The notes beneath the pieces are model-generated. The model made no database searches. It was not told the origin of the DNA and worked only from the letters and a program-made list of their open reading frames with translations. A DNA stretch of 64,000 nt. Source: Trichoplax adhaerens (lineage: Eukaryota > Animalia > Placozoa). This document shows, one piece after another, positions 13,180-25,800 of the stretch. The translations under genes were made by a program, and so were the position numbers. Numbering within the stretch: the first letter of the stretch is position 1; every line of letters begins with the position of its first letter. Location: NCBI RefSeq assembly GCF_000150275.1, contig NW_002060945.1, positions 1,065,872 through 1,129,871 on the forward strand. Direction: 5' to 3'.

Positions 13180-14768
13180 TGTACTGTACAGTGTACAGTA
13201 CATACTCTACAGTACAGTACTGTAAAATTCACGACACTAGTTATTATATGACATTGAGAGTTCTTTGAAACAATAAACTGTAAACAGTTAAATGTCAATC
13301 CATACCGTAACACCAAGTGATTCTCTTTCATAGCATCGAGAGAATTAATCATTATATTATTTACCGATATCATGGACTAGCAGAAGGGTTTCTTCTAGTA
13401 GTCTATGCTAATTTATTGATTTATTTTTTTCCCCCTCCCTATAAATTATCCAGTACTGGACTACACAGTTGGATACCATAAGTGAAGTTATCGTATGACA
13501 AATTGCAACCATCAAGTGGTCGCGTCACGTGATCATCATCGCAGGGACAACAGCGGTGGTTTGGGTGGTGGCGTTGAAAAATGGCCTCCATGGAACCGTC
13601 AACTTACTCAATTTTTTAGCTACCTAGTGCTAATATGGACTACTCAATACCATTAAAATAAAACCCTATACAGCATATCTATTGTTAATAAACTTAGCTT
13701 CAATCTTAACTAACTGTAAATTATAATTATCATTATCAAAGTTTCGTTCTTCGTGTCATCTTTCCTTATTCAAATTGGCAAAGCAATATTACATTCGTAC
13801 ATTGTACAGTATTATTAGCACTGTAATAAGTTCTCGAGCAATTGTAGAGACAGCGTATTAGCAAAGAATAGAACTTTATTAAGACTTATAAGTGCCAATT
13901 AATACAGTATGACAGCAACACTCATATATAGTCTATCATGGAATATTCTAGAACTTATTAGTAGTTATTATAATATACATAGACTGAGTATTCTAAAAGG
14001 TTCTACATGCATATGATGTTCAAATACGTGCGCATCTATAATTACGAAGTCACTCTACTAATACTACGACATCCCCCTCTTTATCGAACAAGCTGTGCAG
14101 TTACAGGTTGTGTGTGCTAACGCAATCACTCGTATAACAATTAAATCATTATTTTAGTAGGCAAAACGCGAGTTATCAGGTTAGTCTTAAATCTAGAAAT
14201 TTCAAAGGTACACGAGTAGTTCTTCCAACCCTGGTAATCTGGCTTTTCGGTTTATAGATACATTCTCTTTCTTAGTTGCTGATATGGGTTCCTTCGATGG
14301 GCAATGAGTCCAAATAGGCAGTATTTCATGTGCTATCGTGTGTTGTATTTGTGATTGATTAAATTTGGCTGGTGTATCACAAATGCTATCTTGTAATGCT
14401 ATCTTGTACTCTACTAATACTATGACAAGCACAATGAGTAATAGGCTGAATTAAAAATTGCTTGCTAGTAATTGAGACAGCCAAAACAATCGATATAGAT
14501 GATTGTCATTGCTATACACACTGTAGCGTTTTCTTTATCAATATACGAATACTTTCCGGTACATTAGATAGAACAAATCCGATATAACAAGCATGAACGT
14601 GAATTAATTATATGAGTATGTATAATTTAATGGGAATCAAACTAGTTAACGCAGTTAGTAAATTATCCTAGATGATGACATACAGCACTAGTTCTTAATG
14701 TAGGCCTTAAGTGGGTCCACTTACAGACTTTGACCAATAATCCAGTATAAATGTATCATTTCGGTAAG

Positions 14769-15265
14769 TAGTGACTAGCGAGTACAATGCAGTACTTTTA
14801 CGCGTTTATAGACAGTATTTGCTACTACATTAGATTTCCGATAATGACTGTACTATACACCCAGTATACAGTACGTACAGTATGTTCGTAAATTTATACT
14901 TATTACGTACAATATATACAGATTAATTAACTATATATATAATTATTTACAATATATAGTGACTAGCGAGTACAATACTTTCACGCGTTTATAGCTAGTA
15001 CTTGCTACTATATTAAGTTTCCGATATTGACTGTACTGTACGTGCACTAGACTCTATTCGTAAATTTATATTTATTACGTATATATACAGATTAATTAAT
15101 TATACTGTATATTTATTTACAATATTTAGTGACTAGCGAGTACAATACTTTCATGCGTTTACAGCTAGTACTTGCTACTATATTGGGTTTCCGATATTGA
15201 CTAGACGTGCACTAGACTGTATTCGTAAATTTATACTTATTACGTATACAGTATACAGATTCATT
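14769..15265. repeat. Three-copy tandem repeat, ~170-190 bp unit
   Basis: Units start with 'tagtgactagcgagtacaat' at ~14770, ~14957 and ~15127 and share 'ttgctacta', 'ttccgata' and 'ttcgtaaatttata'. Confidence 0.93.
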
Positions 15266-15287
15266 AATACTAGTACAAACTCCAGTC

Positions 15288-15550
15288 ACTATGCTGACGG
15301 ATTACGTTATTATGATATTCCAAACTCCCATCGCTTTGCTGACGAACTATGTTCTTATAATATTATACTTCTAGAATATTATTTTACAATAATACTTTAA
15401 ACGTGACTCGGTCTTGCGTCGCTACGCTGACGGATTACGTTGTTATAATATTACAAACTCCCGTAGCTTTACTGACGGATTATGTTCTTATAGTCTTATA
15501 CTTCTAGAATATTATTTTACAATAATACTTCAGACGTGACTCGGCCTTGT
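15288..15550. repeat. Two-copy tandem repeat, ~132 bp unit
   Basis: 'gctgacggattacgtt...caaactccc...tatgttcttata...tatacttctagaatattattttacaataatactt...acgtgactcgg' occurs twice. Confidence 0.93.
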
Positions 15551-16197
15551 CCTCAATAACTATACTAATCCATGATGGTTATTTGACGGATTCCGGTAAT
15601 ACTCTTATATACGTTAACGTTACAAAATATATTACAGTTACTATTCAGGAATTTGATTTTACCAAATTTTATTGACATCCATTCACTATCTTCCACTGTA
15701 TAGTAGAAACCAAATCATACGCAAAGCCATGCTAATAGTCTATGCATTACAAAAATTTCATAGCGTTGGAACTAAAGTTCTGTAAAAATGTTTATTACTA
15801 AAAATTTCAAACTTGTAAATCAGCATTATTACAATACTTCTACACTGCTGCAATTGATGATAATTTCAGTATACGAATTAAATAAACCCTTTATACAAAT
15901 GACAATGTTTCCTAAAAATGACAATCTCGACATGCTTAAGTGCACGCAGGTTGTGGTAATTACATTCAAGCTTTACATACATCAAGGAATACTTTAAAAC
16001 AGGATTAGACAATTCTAATCATTCTATATACAAAATACTGTATATACGTATATGTATGATAAGAGTTTGCAAGCCTTTGTAAAGTGACGTTTTTTTCTCT
16101 TAAATTACCTAAATCTGGTAAGGTGATAGGACCAAGAATATTTATTACTGCTCTGTTTCATTCCTATAGGTATTTCGATTTTCATCCTTTATATTAT

Positions 16198-17345
16198 TTA
16201 GTCGCTATCGTCGTCATAATTCGTATGATGTTCTTCCGTATTACTTGTATTAGTATCATCATCATCATCAGGCTTTTCTGTTTTTTTCGTCATATGTCTT
16301 AACAATGCTCCTACAATAACATAGAACTTAATAAGTAACCTCTAATATCGATTAAAATCAATAACACTTTACTTCGTTTTCGTTCTGATAATTCGTTCAA
16401 TTCTCTTTCAAAAGCAGCGTCTTCAGACTGTTGCTGTGATTTGGTTAGGAGAGGTCTGCGGGCACCATTGCGATAAACATTACATCAGTTCTTATATAGC
16501 AGAGATTATAAACTACGAAATTCTTATAATTAATATTAGTCATTTTCTAAGTACACTAGTGCAGTATCATTTTCATTCAGTAAACTTACTTATCCATATT
16601 TTCAAATTTCTTGCCACATTTGGCACAATAACCGTGTGTAGTTGAGCAATTAGAACAAATTACATAATAACTTTGCATTATGTTTCGTTCCAAGCATTTA
16701 ACACTATCAACCAGTAAATTGGTTAGAGTTAGTCATTCCATATACAATACAAATACAGTAGCTAAATATCTTGTCACTTGTTAAACATCCAATCATTAGA
16801 AAGCCTACAGGCTAGCCACCGAATGATAGAAGTTTCAATTAACTAACAGTGATTTGTAACGCAAATTGAGTAAGGTAAAATTACGCTGTCTTTACTTTAA
16901 AGATCAATTACATTATGGCATGATATTTTACGATCGCTTACCATTTACCCGGTTGAGTTAAGGGTTTATATTTCTTATATCGAATTTTCCATTCGATGAC
17001 GTCTTTGCAACGACTGCAAACACCCTGTATCTGTGTCTCCATAATCTGCTTGGTCTTTCGTGATGTATCATGTAATGTCGGATTAAAAGCCCGAGTATTT
17101 TTATATTTCTGGCCTATGATGTTTCATGTTTATCATCGTTAAATCTTATAGTGAATACTACGTATCCCACAGAGGTATAAAAACAGCTACTTTGTTACTC
17201 GATATAGTGCAGAACTTCAATCCATAGCTCTACGATCTGTTGCAGAGTCCGAACTCAAAATTACATGCACATGCTATGCTAATAACCACTGTAAAAATGG
17301 ATACAAACAGCTTATGTTACCTTTTTTCTTGTGTCCCGAATTCAT
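16198..17345 (-). CDS. C9orf85: C9orf85-like protein (DUF2039), Cys-rich conserved protein
   Basis: Five phase-consistent exons (17345-17321, 17113-16942, 16703-16590, 16455-16373, 16310-16198) give MNSGHKKKGQKYKNTRAFNPTLHDTSRKTKQIMETQIQGVCSRCKDVIEWKIRYKKYKPLTQPGKCVKCLERNIMQSYYVICSNCSTTHGYCAKCGK plus an acidic tail. This matches the recalled GVCxRCKxVxEW-YKPL-KCVKC family signature. Confidence 0.92.
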
Positions 17346-17737
17346 CCTGAATAAATTCTACTTTACGTCTTGTGTTACTTATTTCCTCGGAAATATTACT
17401 TTGCCAAGTAGGTAAATTGCACTAGCATCAAGATTGCAAAAGATAGGCAGATGGTATGAGTGTCTTCTAGACTAAGGATGGCAGTTATCTATTTTCACTC
17501 CAGATATTCATAGTATAGTACAGTATGGAGGATGTTGCCTGTTAGAGTACTTCTAGTAACTCCATATAGCCACTCACTAGCAGGATGTATAATACTATAC
17601 TGTTCGATAACACAGTACATGTGTTATACCGTATCCTATAATTGAGCCTTTTCTACTGACATTGTACAGTACAGTAGTGCACAAGGTGGAGCTGAAGATG
17701 TCCCATCGTCAGGATTACCTGTTGTAAACAACGATTG
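17346..17737. promoter_or_regulatory. Putative bidirectional promoter, C9orf85-like / SHLD2-like
   Basis: 392 nt separate the divergent ATGs; contains 'tagtacagtat', 'acagtacat' and 'tgtacagtacagtag'. Confidence 0.65.
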
Positions 17738-20700
17738 ATGGAGGAAATACCAACTATTCTCATCTTCTGTAACCCTCCATCGATTAATAATAAGCATTTA
17801 TCCCATCAGACTGACCACCAAAGTAAAAAGAGAAAGTTAAATCCAGCGAGCATTCAATGGAGAAGGAAATTATATCGCCATCCGTGCAAACCAATGCAAC
17901 CATCGACGAGTGCTTGTCAACATGATGATAAAGATCGAAGCAGCAATAATAGTGGCCCGTCTACATTTGAATATATTAATACTGTTATAGATCATGGCAG
18001 CAATTTACAAAAGGAATTTGATCGATTGATGAGAGATAGCCAAGCGATAATGCCTGGTATTAGTAGTCAATCTGGCTTTCAAGATACCGATCAGATCCTA
18101 TGTAGTGATAGTAATAGTCACGATTTCGACTACCATACTAGCTGGAATGACAGCCTTCCCATCGACAATTTCAACTCAATACCAGATAGTTGCGAAATAG
18201 AAGAGTTTACCAGTAGCACTTATAGTAGTTGTGATAGTGTCAAGACTTGCGATAGTATCTCATCAGATGATCATTGTAATGAAAATCAGCTATTGGCAAA
18301 CAAAACAGAAAATCCGATCGCTAGTGATCAAGCTGCAGAGACCTCATCAGGTAATTCTAGAGGTACACACGTACGCTGCATCAGGACAGCTACAGTTGTC
18401 TATTTTCATCTATCAAATACGATCCAGGCCATTGCTTCATCATACAATGATAAAACGAGATTTGCATAGTCACATTTTGCTTACTCTGCAGTATACGCGT
18501 ACACATACTACCATTATCAATCTACTCTACCAAAATGCTATACATAGCAATCCGATAGCCTCCTTTGTAATGTATTTCTATCTACAAGTCAGATGGATCA
18601 TATTACAAACAAGTTCTTGCCCACAAGATGTACAAAATAAATATCAATCTAATTAACTAAGCTCGCAATTCTTCATGCAGTTTCACTATCTAAGAAGTAT
18701 CTTCAAGCATTGCAGTATATAACTGATAGCTCACGCGCATGTATTCATATGTTTTGGTGATAGATAAGCTTCACCAACCGACAAGAAATCAAGATTCGCA
18801 AGAACTTTTACCTAATTTCAAGGTATGAAATTTTAATCAAATTAAAAGCAAGAATGTAACACTAGCACAATACTGTAAATGTTGATTTGAAGTAGTAACT
18901 ACTACATCAAGTTAAAAATTGTAATAAAATCTTAGAATGTATTATTCAATTTCACACTATTACTTTACCTTATATTCAATCGTGCAGTATTGTATATTAT
19001 CAACCCATGTATATCTTTATAGTATATGTTATACGGTATTACTATTAGGGTGTGCTTCTTTCATATAGTAACAAAAGACAACGATTATTTATATACTTCC
19101 TATATCACTTCTAAATCTATCTAAATTTCTCCTGCAGATTTCCAAGATTGCCAATTGTACCCAAAAGTCTCAATTAGTCAATTTACTGGTAGTAGCACTT
19201 CAAGGTGATTGAACAATTAATGTAATTAACCTCAAGTAACATGAAACTTTCTTCTTTCTAGTATAAAAACAAATTACTTTAATAAATACCTTATTTGCAA
19301 TCCTTTAATTGTCAAATTTTAGTGAATCCAGCTCACGAAATTCAAACTAAATCAGGCAAAAATGTAAGTTTAAGCAATACACCAAGCTTGCTTTTACAGT
19401 TAATGTATTAGCTACATAAATAAAATGCTAATTTTAGGCAGGACAGATGATTTTAATTGGATCTATGCTAGTTGGTGACCCAACTCAGAGTTATTTTAAG
19501 GTGAAAAAATAATGCCGTTAATGCAATATAGCAATTATAATAACTATGACTGCTAAGATTCAAACTTCCTAGGCTTCTTTCTACACTTAGATTACACTCT
19601 GGAGACAAAATACTGCATGGCTTGAAAGGATAAGCCTCGGAGATATTCTATTACTTGCAGGTTTAGGATCATATTTCATATCGTAGATGGATAATAAAAA
19701 CTTTATGTCAAAATCTATTTTTTTCGAACCTTTTGTGATTATAAATACGAGAAAAAAATAACAGTCGTCTATACTTGCAATTAATACGGATATCTTTTAC
19801 ATATCCTCACTTGATGTAATACTTCAACCCCTAGATTTAGAAGTCGACGAGTGGCGTGGAAAATATTTTGCTCAAAGTATTCATTCTTCCTGGGTAGTTA
19901 ACCTTCATAAATGTAGAGATATAACTGGTAAAAGAGGTTAGCTATCAATTTCTCTAATATAAATATTATAAGCTAAAATATCAGTGCTCTTCAGGATAGT
20001 ACAAACCATTTTTAATACAAATCCTCATATATATCGTAAATTCCTTTTTCCAATACTTAGTTAGACATTATATTCCATCAAAAACCATGGATGATGTTTA
20101 CACATGGGCATCGAATTACTTGCCACATATATATAATACAAATGATCAATCAACCTTGCAAGTACAAAGCAAAGGTAATTCACCCTCGTCACTATAGCTA
20201 TATATGTGTTTCATCTAGTAATTCTAGTAATATCGTCTACCTGATGTTTTGATATTCAAGGAGAGGTTCAATTTGTTACTTACAAGAGCTTAACTCAGGA
20301 CGTTGTAGTTCATTTCAAGGCCAAGTTGCTATCGATCAAATGCTATACTAGTAAATAAATAAAAGCACTATTTCTACACGTAATGTAAAAATTAACTCGC
20401 TCTTTCTTACCAGTTGTTTTATCTTGTATTAATAATGCACTCTAGTTGGAAATGTTACCTATCAGTATGAAACTAAGCGCCTCCCAAAAATGGTTGCTAG
20501 TAAGTTGAAAATAGTAATAACAGTTCAAATTTTAATTTCGCTCATATTTTCATTCTCTATTTTAGCATTAGCGGAATCATCTGTACAAAAAATTAAACTA
20601 CAACTGTAAGTGAACGATCTTAAGAAATGTTTATGGTGAATATAAATATATCACTTCATATATAACTGTATTGCAGTTGGGGCAGACAGGCTAGATGGTT

Positions 20701-22620
20701 CTCAGAATTAAGAGCTAATATCAATCGAGTTTGGAAGTGGTCCTTTCTACATGTTCACTATGATGAGGTTACAGGTAAACCCTCCGTAGACTATTACTTT
20801 AGGATACAATTTTGCGTATGATCATATGAACTGGAGGTTTTAAACTGCTGTTGATTATATTACCATTCTTACCATCTTATGTATCCCTTAACTAGATAAC
20901 TACGTACTTAATACAACTCCAATATCTGAAAAATCTTTATTAGATGATAAGTCTTCCGAAGCAGTAGATATTAATCGAGTATGTTTCGTTGACCATATTA
21001 CAAATTTACTATTACCAGTCTAATTTATTTCTTTAATATCTGTTTTAGAAATGTGATAATTACGGGCTGGAATTACAGAGCATTAAACAAATGTTATCAA
21101 TATCACTACAATGTACAATAAAACATTGATATATGTTAATTTATTACGCTTGCTATTTTTTTGAGAAATTTTTTTATGATAATATATCAAATTCTACATG
21201 ACTACATGCATTCATTCCATCTATCCGTTTATTTTATGATGCAGCTGTCATTATTTTATCTGCTAATATCAAACTACTCAGGTAATAATATTGTCATTAT
21301 TTAAATAAATATGAGTACTAGCTTACGTTGTATTCTATATATGTTCGCTATAACCTAACTTTATTGTGAATTAATATCGCAGGTTTCAAAATAAAAGTGG
21401 AAGATATCGTAATATTTCACTCGAAACAAAAGCTTCGTATGAAGACTTGGTATACGCACTTATAGATTAATAAATTAATCTGCAACTATTTCTCGTTTCC
21501 CCTCCTAATCCATACTAAACTCGTCATTAGAGTAAGCAAATGGCAAACTTCACTTACGTGGGATGTTCACTATGCTCGAAAATGCTACCACAAGTAATGC
21601 TTCAGGAGGGATAATCTTTTTTAATTAAATTATAATTATCAAGGCGATGTATTACATTACTGCCAATTTCAAATATACTTTCTTTAGGATAAGAATGAAG
21701 TATATAAACAATGTACGCAATGTATCCGTGAAGAGCAGGGTATACAATAAACTAATTTATTAATAATATATTAAGCTACTCCTGTAATATTAAATGTTTC
21801 TATAATAATCATTATATTTATAGCCTTTATCCCTGCAACCATAACTCGGTGCTACCGGTAACGCTAACTTGCACTAAATTATTGATTTGCGTTTTAACAA
21901 TTATCTCTTCATAAACTATATCCAATACTGCATTAGCATACATTTAAAAGTAATATCAGTAGTGCATTGTATATTTAATTTTTATATTTTTATTTAATAA
22001 TTGTCCTAGAGATTTATTGTAATCATAATATACGTAATTCTTTGTTTGATCCATATATCTAGGCCGATAACTATAGTCTTAACAGACGGCCAACAAGATG
22101 TTAGTATAACGGCATCAAATGAAGCAATCGTCAAGGTAAAAAATGTAAAATCATTTCTTTATAACAAAAGAGTTCAATCGCGTTTAGTACCATTACATCA
22201 GTGTATGTTATATAAATTTATCCTATCTTTATAATAATTTTATTCCGAAAATTTAGTTATTCTTGAATGTCCCAGCAAATTCCTTAACCAAACGGCTTCA
22301 TCCGGAATCAAATATAACGGTATGGCTATAGTAATTTTATATTATGATGTACGAGTATACAATCGTATTTGCGGTTAAATAATATAAACTTCGTACCTTA
22401 CTATGTAAAGATTAAAAAGTTATAATTTTGCTTATGTAACGCCTTTTAATTACATAATCTTATACACTTTTAGTATGCAGAGGTAATTGCTGATCTTTGT
22501 CGACATATGGTGAAATCATGCAACTCGATGAAATTTCGCATTAATTGCACTGTTACTCAAGATGATAATGGCTTTATAGTTTCACGGCGATACGAACTAC
22601 ATGACGTTATATCACATTAG
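17738..22620 (+). CDS. SHLD2: Shieldin complex subunit 2 (FAM35A/RINN2) homolog: N-terminal motif, disordered linker, three OB folds with CXXC..CXXC zinc site; ~22 exons
   Basis: Exon 1 at 17738-18350, then 18764-18822, 19138-19204, 19323-19363, 19438-19500, 19591-19660 and onward to TAG at 22618-22620, all phase-consistent GT-AG. Translation includes LVNLLVVALQVNPAHEIQTKSGKNAGQMILIGSMLVGD, ITLWRQNTAWLERISLGDILLL, QLWGRQARW, YVLNTTP, YVGCSLC...DKNEVYKQCTQC, YRPITIVLTDG, LNVPANSL, ITYAEVIADL and DDNGF. These are colinear with the recalled human SHLD2 (EINIKFGPNSG, FLWR..LGDIILL, LWGPGAAW, LHTTP, YTGCAKC..DENRIYKQCFSC, YRPALMTAIDG, ITYGMVVADL, DENSY). Confidence 0.88.
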
Positions 22621-22851
22621 TAACTTTATAATTCTTAATGTAACTAGCAATAACTAACATATACATTTAATAGTATAATGAATCCGAGTACTTAACCATC
22701 TATTACTGAAATTATTATAATGTTATACACTGTATAAACGATATTCAACAGTATGCAAATCAAAATATATATACAAGAGTCTCATTATTAAAATGCGACT
22801 AAATTTCGTGTATAGTAACCAAATTATTTTGTATATAGTAACCAAAGTAAT

Positions 22852-25800
22852 TTACAATGCTTTCGATCCAATGGCTAGAATATATAAGCAATAAAAAATT
22901 CATTAGCTAGTGATTCTAATATAACTGGTAGTAGAGATTTTGCAATTTATAGTACCTTTCACATGGCAAACATCAACATCAATTCCCCAGTTAACAATTC
23001 TATCAATCCAGAGTATTTGCTTGGTTGAAAGACGATCGTTCGGCCCTTTTACTTCCGCAAACTAATCACGAAAATAGTAACGTGACTATCACCCCATTGA
23101 AAGTGCCTAAAAAGTAAAAGTACTTACTTTAACTTTTTTCGTCTCTTTATTCCATAAAACTAAATCTGGAAGGCCACCTGCTGCAAAGCTCTTAGAAAAA
23201 CGCTCACATAGATCCGCCAAAATTTCACCACCAAAACATAACGCTAAACTCTACGAATAGTAGTATTTACTTACTATCGGTTTACAATATTAACTAAATT
23301 ATGGCAATGTTACTGAAGTTAATATTACTATTATGTGTTTATATTCACCTGAACTTGGGGTAAACCATTGGGAAATCGTTCCCAGTTAATGCCTACACAT
23401 ATTCTGCCTTCATATCTTGTCCAAGTACTCTTAATCATGTCCTCAATACCCTATAAATAATTATTAACAGTGAATGCGCTTTCAATTTTCGTTAATCAAT
23501 ATTTATAATCCTATCGAGCTATCTTACCTGATCATCACTTTCTCTTATTAGTCGTAGCTTTTCTTCAATTATATCCTTACGGTTCGAATAAAATCCTCCA
23601 TGCATCAAATCCAAAGGAGCACTCTATAAATGATTATAAACTGGTATTTATTATATCACAACTACCTCTTTAATATTAATATTAATCATACGTGAATTCT
23701 AGCAGTTCCCACAAATACCTGAAATGGATGTCGAAAAACATCTGGCACGCCTGGAGTAAATAAAATATCCCACATGAGCAACGTGTATAGCGTTGATAAT
23801 GTCGCACCCTCTGCATGCAAACCATCTGTAAATCCTTCATTATCTAAGTAATGGTATAAAGCCAATTCCTCAACGGAACAAAGAAAGCTGCAATCTTCAC
23901 CAGGGCGAATAAATACGGATTTATAACCAGACCCTACTGCCGGGTAAAGACGACCAGTTATTGTAATCTGGAAAGTGAGAGAACAGAATTTAATTATTAT
24001 GGTAAACATTGGTAGGATAAGTTAATGGCCACATTTCAAGATAAGTAATGCATTTTACTGATAATATATAAATCGCACATGATTCGCATCTTTCAAGTTG
24101 ATTTGAGGAATGTCTTGTCTATATATATGAAGTTTCTTATTACTTGGTGAATTACAAAGTCTAATTCCACGTTGTTGAAGAGCTAGTTTACGTCCTCCTC
24201 CAATACATGGATCTACAAGAGCTTCTTTGACGGCATTAAGGCTCTGAGATAAAAGGATTCAGAGCAAAAATTTGTGAAAAGATTTAACTACTATTCCGTT
24301 ACAAGGTTTATTATAAATATGAAATCTAACGAATCTGCTGCATTACATACAAGTTCTGGCTGCTTCAAATGTTGTTCTAGAATTAGAGCTAATCGATCCC
24401 ACCATTTTCCACGTCGTACGTTACAGAATACTTTCTGTTGTAACAAATATTGCAATTCCATGGAAGCTTCCTTGTACATTCGTTTTTTTTCTAATAATCC
24501 AATACCCGACGATAAAATCTGGCAGCAAACCCATCCAGGGGTGTATTGCATAAGATAACTTGGCAGCTGCCTCCCAATAAAATTCTCATCATTGAGCAAG
24601 TCATTGATAATAGACTTGCAATCATCATAAACATCATGATACAACTGTAACGCCGTATCGACATCTCCTCTAGCAAATGCTTCATTAATATCATAGTACT
24701 CTTGTAGCTTGCTATCATATCTAATGAAAATACAAGACATCTTTAGAAAATATACAGAAAGACTTAATAATCGATATTATGAATGATATTGACTCGCAGG
24801 TCCCTTACGTGATAAAATCTTCACGGCATGTAAATACTGGCGTAGGTCGATATATTTCATATTCAGGGTATACAAGCCTACCAAAATTTACCATCATCAG
24901 TTGCGCCCTATAATGTTGACAAAAGACCATAAAATTAATACTGATACTATTGACCCATATCAGTATTACGTACTACCTTATTTAAATTACTTACATTTGA
25001 GCATGTCCTCCATTAGCTAAGTCATCGTCATATGTCGCCGACGTAAGAGCAAACAATAACGACATACGATTAAAAACACATCGAGGATGCTTCTGTAATC
25101 GGATGCACAATCCCAAAACCGATTTCGCTCTACCATTACAAAATGGAAATGTTAATAACTCATGTATTCAGTTGCAATGCAGGATTATACCTAAAATAGG
25201 AATGCACTGGTAGAAGCATTACCGTTTTATAACACTCCGTGTGATTCCTGATACTCCTTCCACTTGTTGTCCATATACACCCCTTTGTTGACGACCAAGC
25301 TTTTTTAAAGCCTCAATAATATTATTTTTCGATCCAGACTTAACATGGTACATTTTAGCTAACTTTTTTACTTCTGGGCCAGGTAATAAATTTAAGATAT
25401 CTTCCATATCGGTCAAGGAGTCGTCTAATTGCAAGAAAATCATTAAATATCAAATTTTATTGCTACAGACTAACGAATTCCTTAGAATTAGTACCTACGC
25501 AAGAACGGTTGATGCAATTTTTGTTTAAGATCATAAATTCTGTGCACTAATTCTATACCCTTTAATGTTTAATTTTGTATTGATAACGCATATCTAGTTT
25601 AAAGCTAACAGACTGATAGTATAATAACAAAGCTTATTTTTATGTTAATTAGTCCATAAAATAGCAAAATGAATCCATTAAAAATTTATAGTAGGTAAAA
25701 TAGTTTGTATGCACGTACTACAAATCATCATTATAAAATTTATTTTACATACCATCTTCCACTAAACCAGCATTCCTCAATTGCTCGATGTCACTACTAA

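Noticed and set aside
14202-14432. 76-aa ORF containing 'IAHEI' (metallopeptidase-like)
   Set aside because: No HExxH completion, a non-ATG start and no supporting flanking exons.
14769-15550. Repeat arrays as a CRISPR locus
   Set aside because: Units are 130-190 bp whole-unit duplications with no unique spacers; the context is eukaryotic and there are no cas genes.
18231-18656. 141-aa alternative-frame ORF
   Set aside because: It overlaps SHLD2 exon 1 and intron 1 with a non-ATG start and has no recognisable motif.
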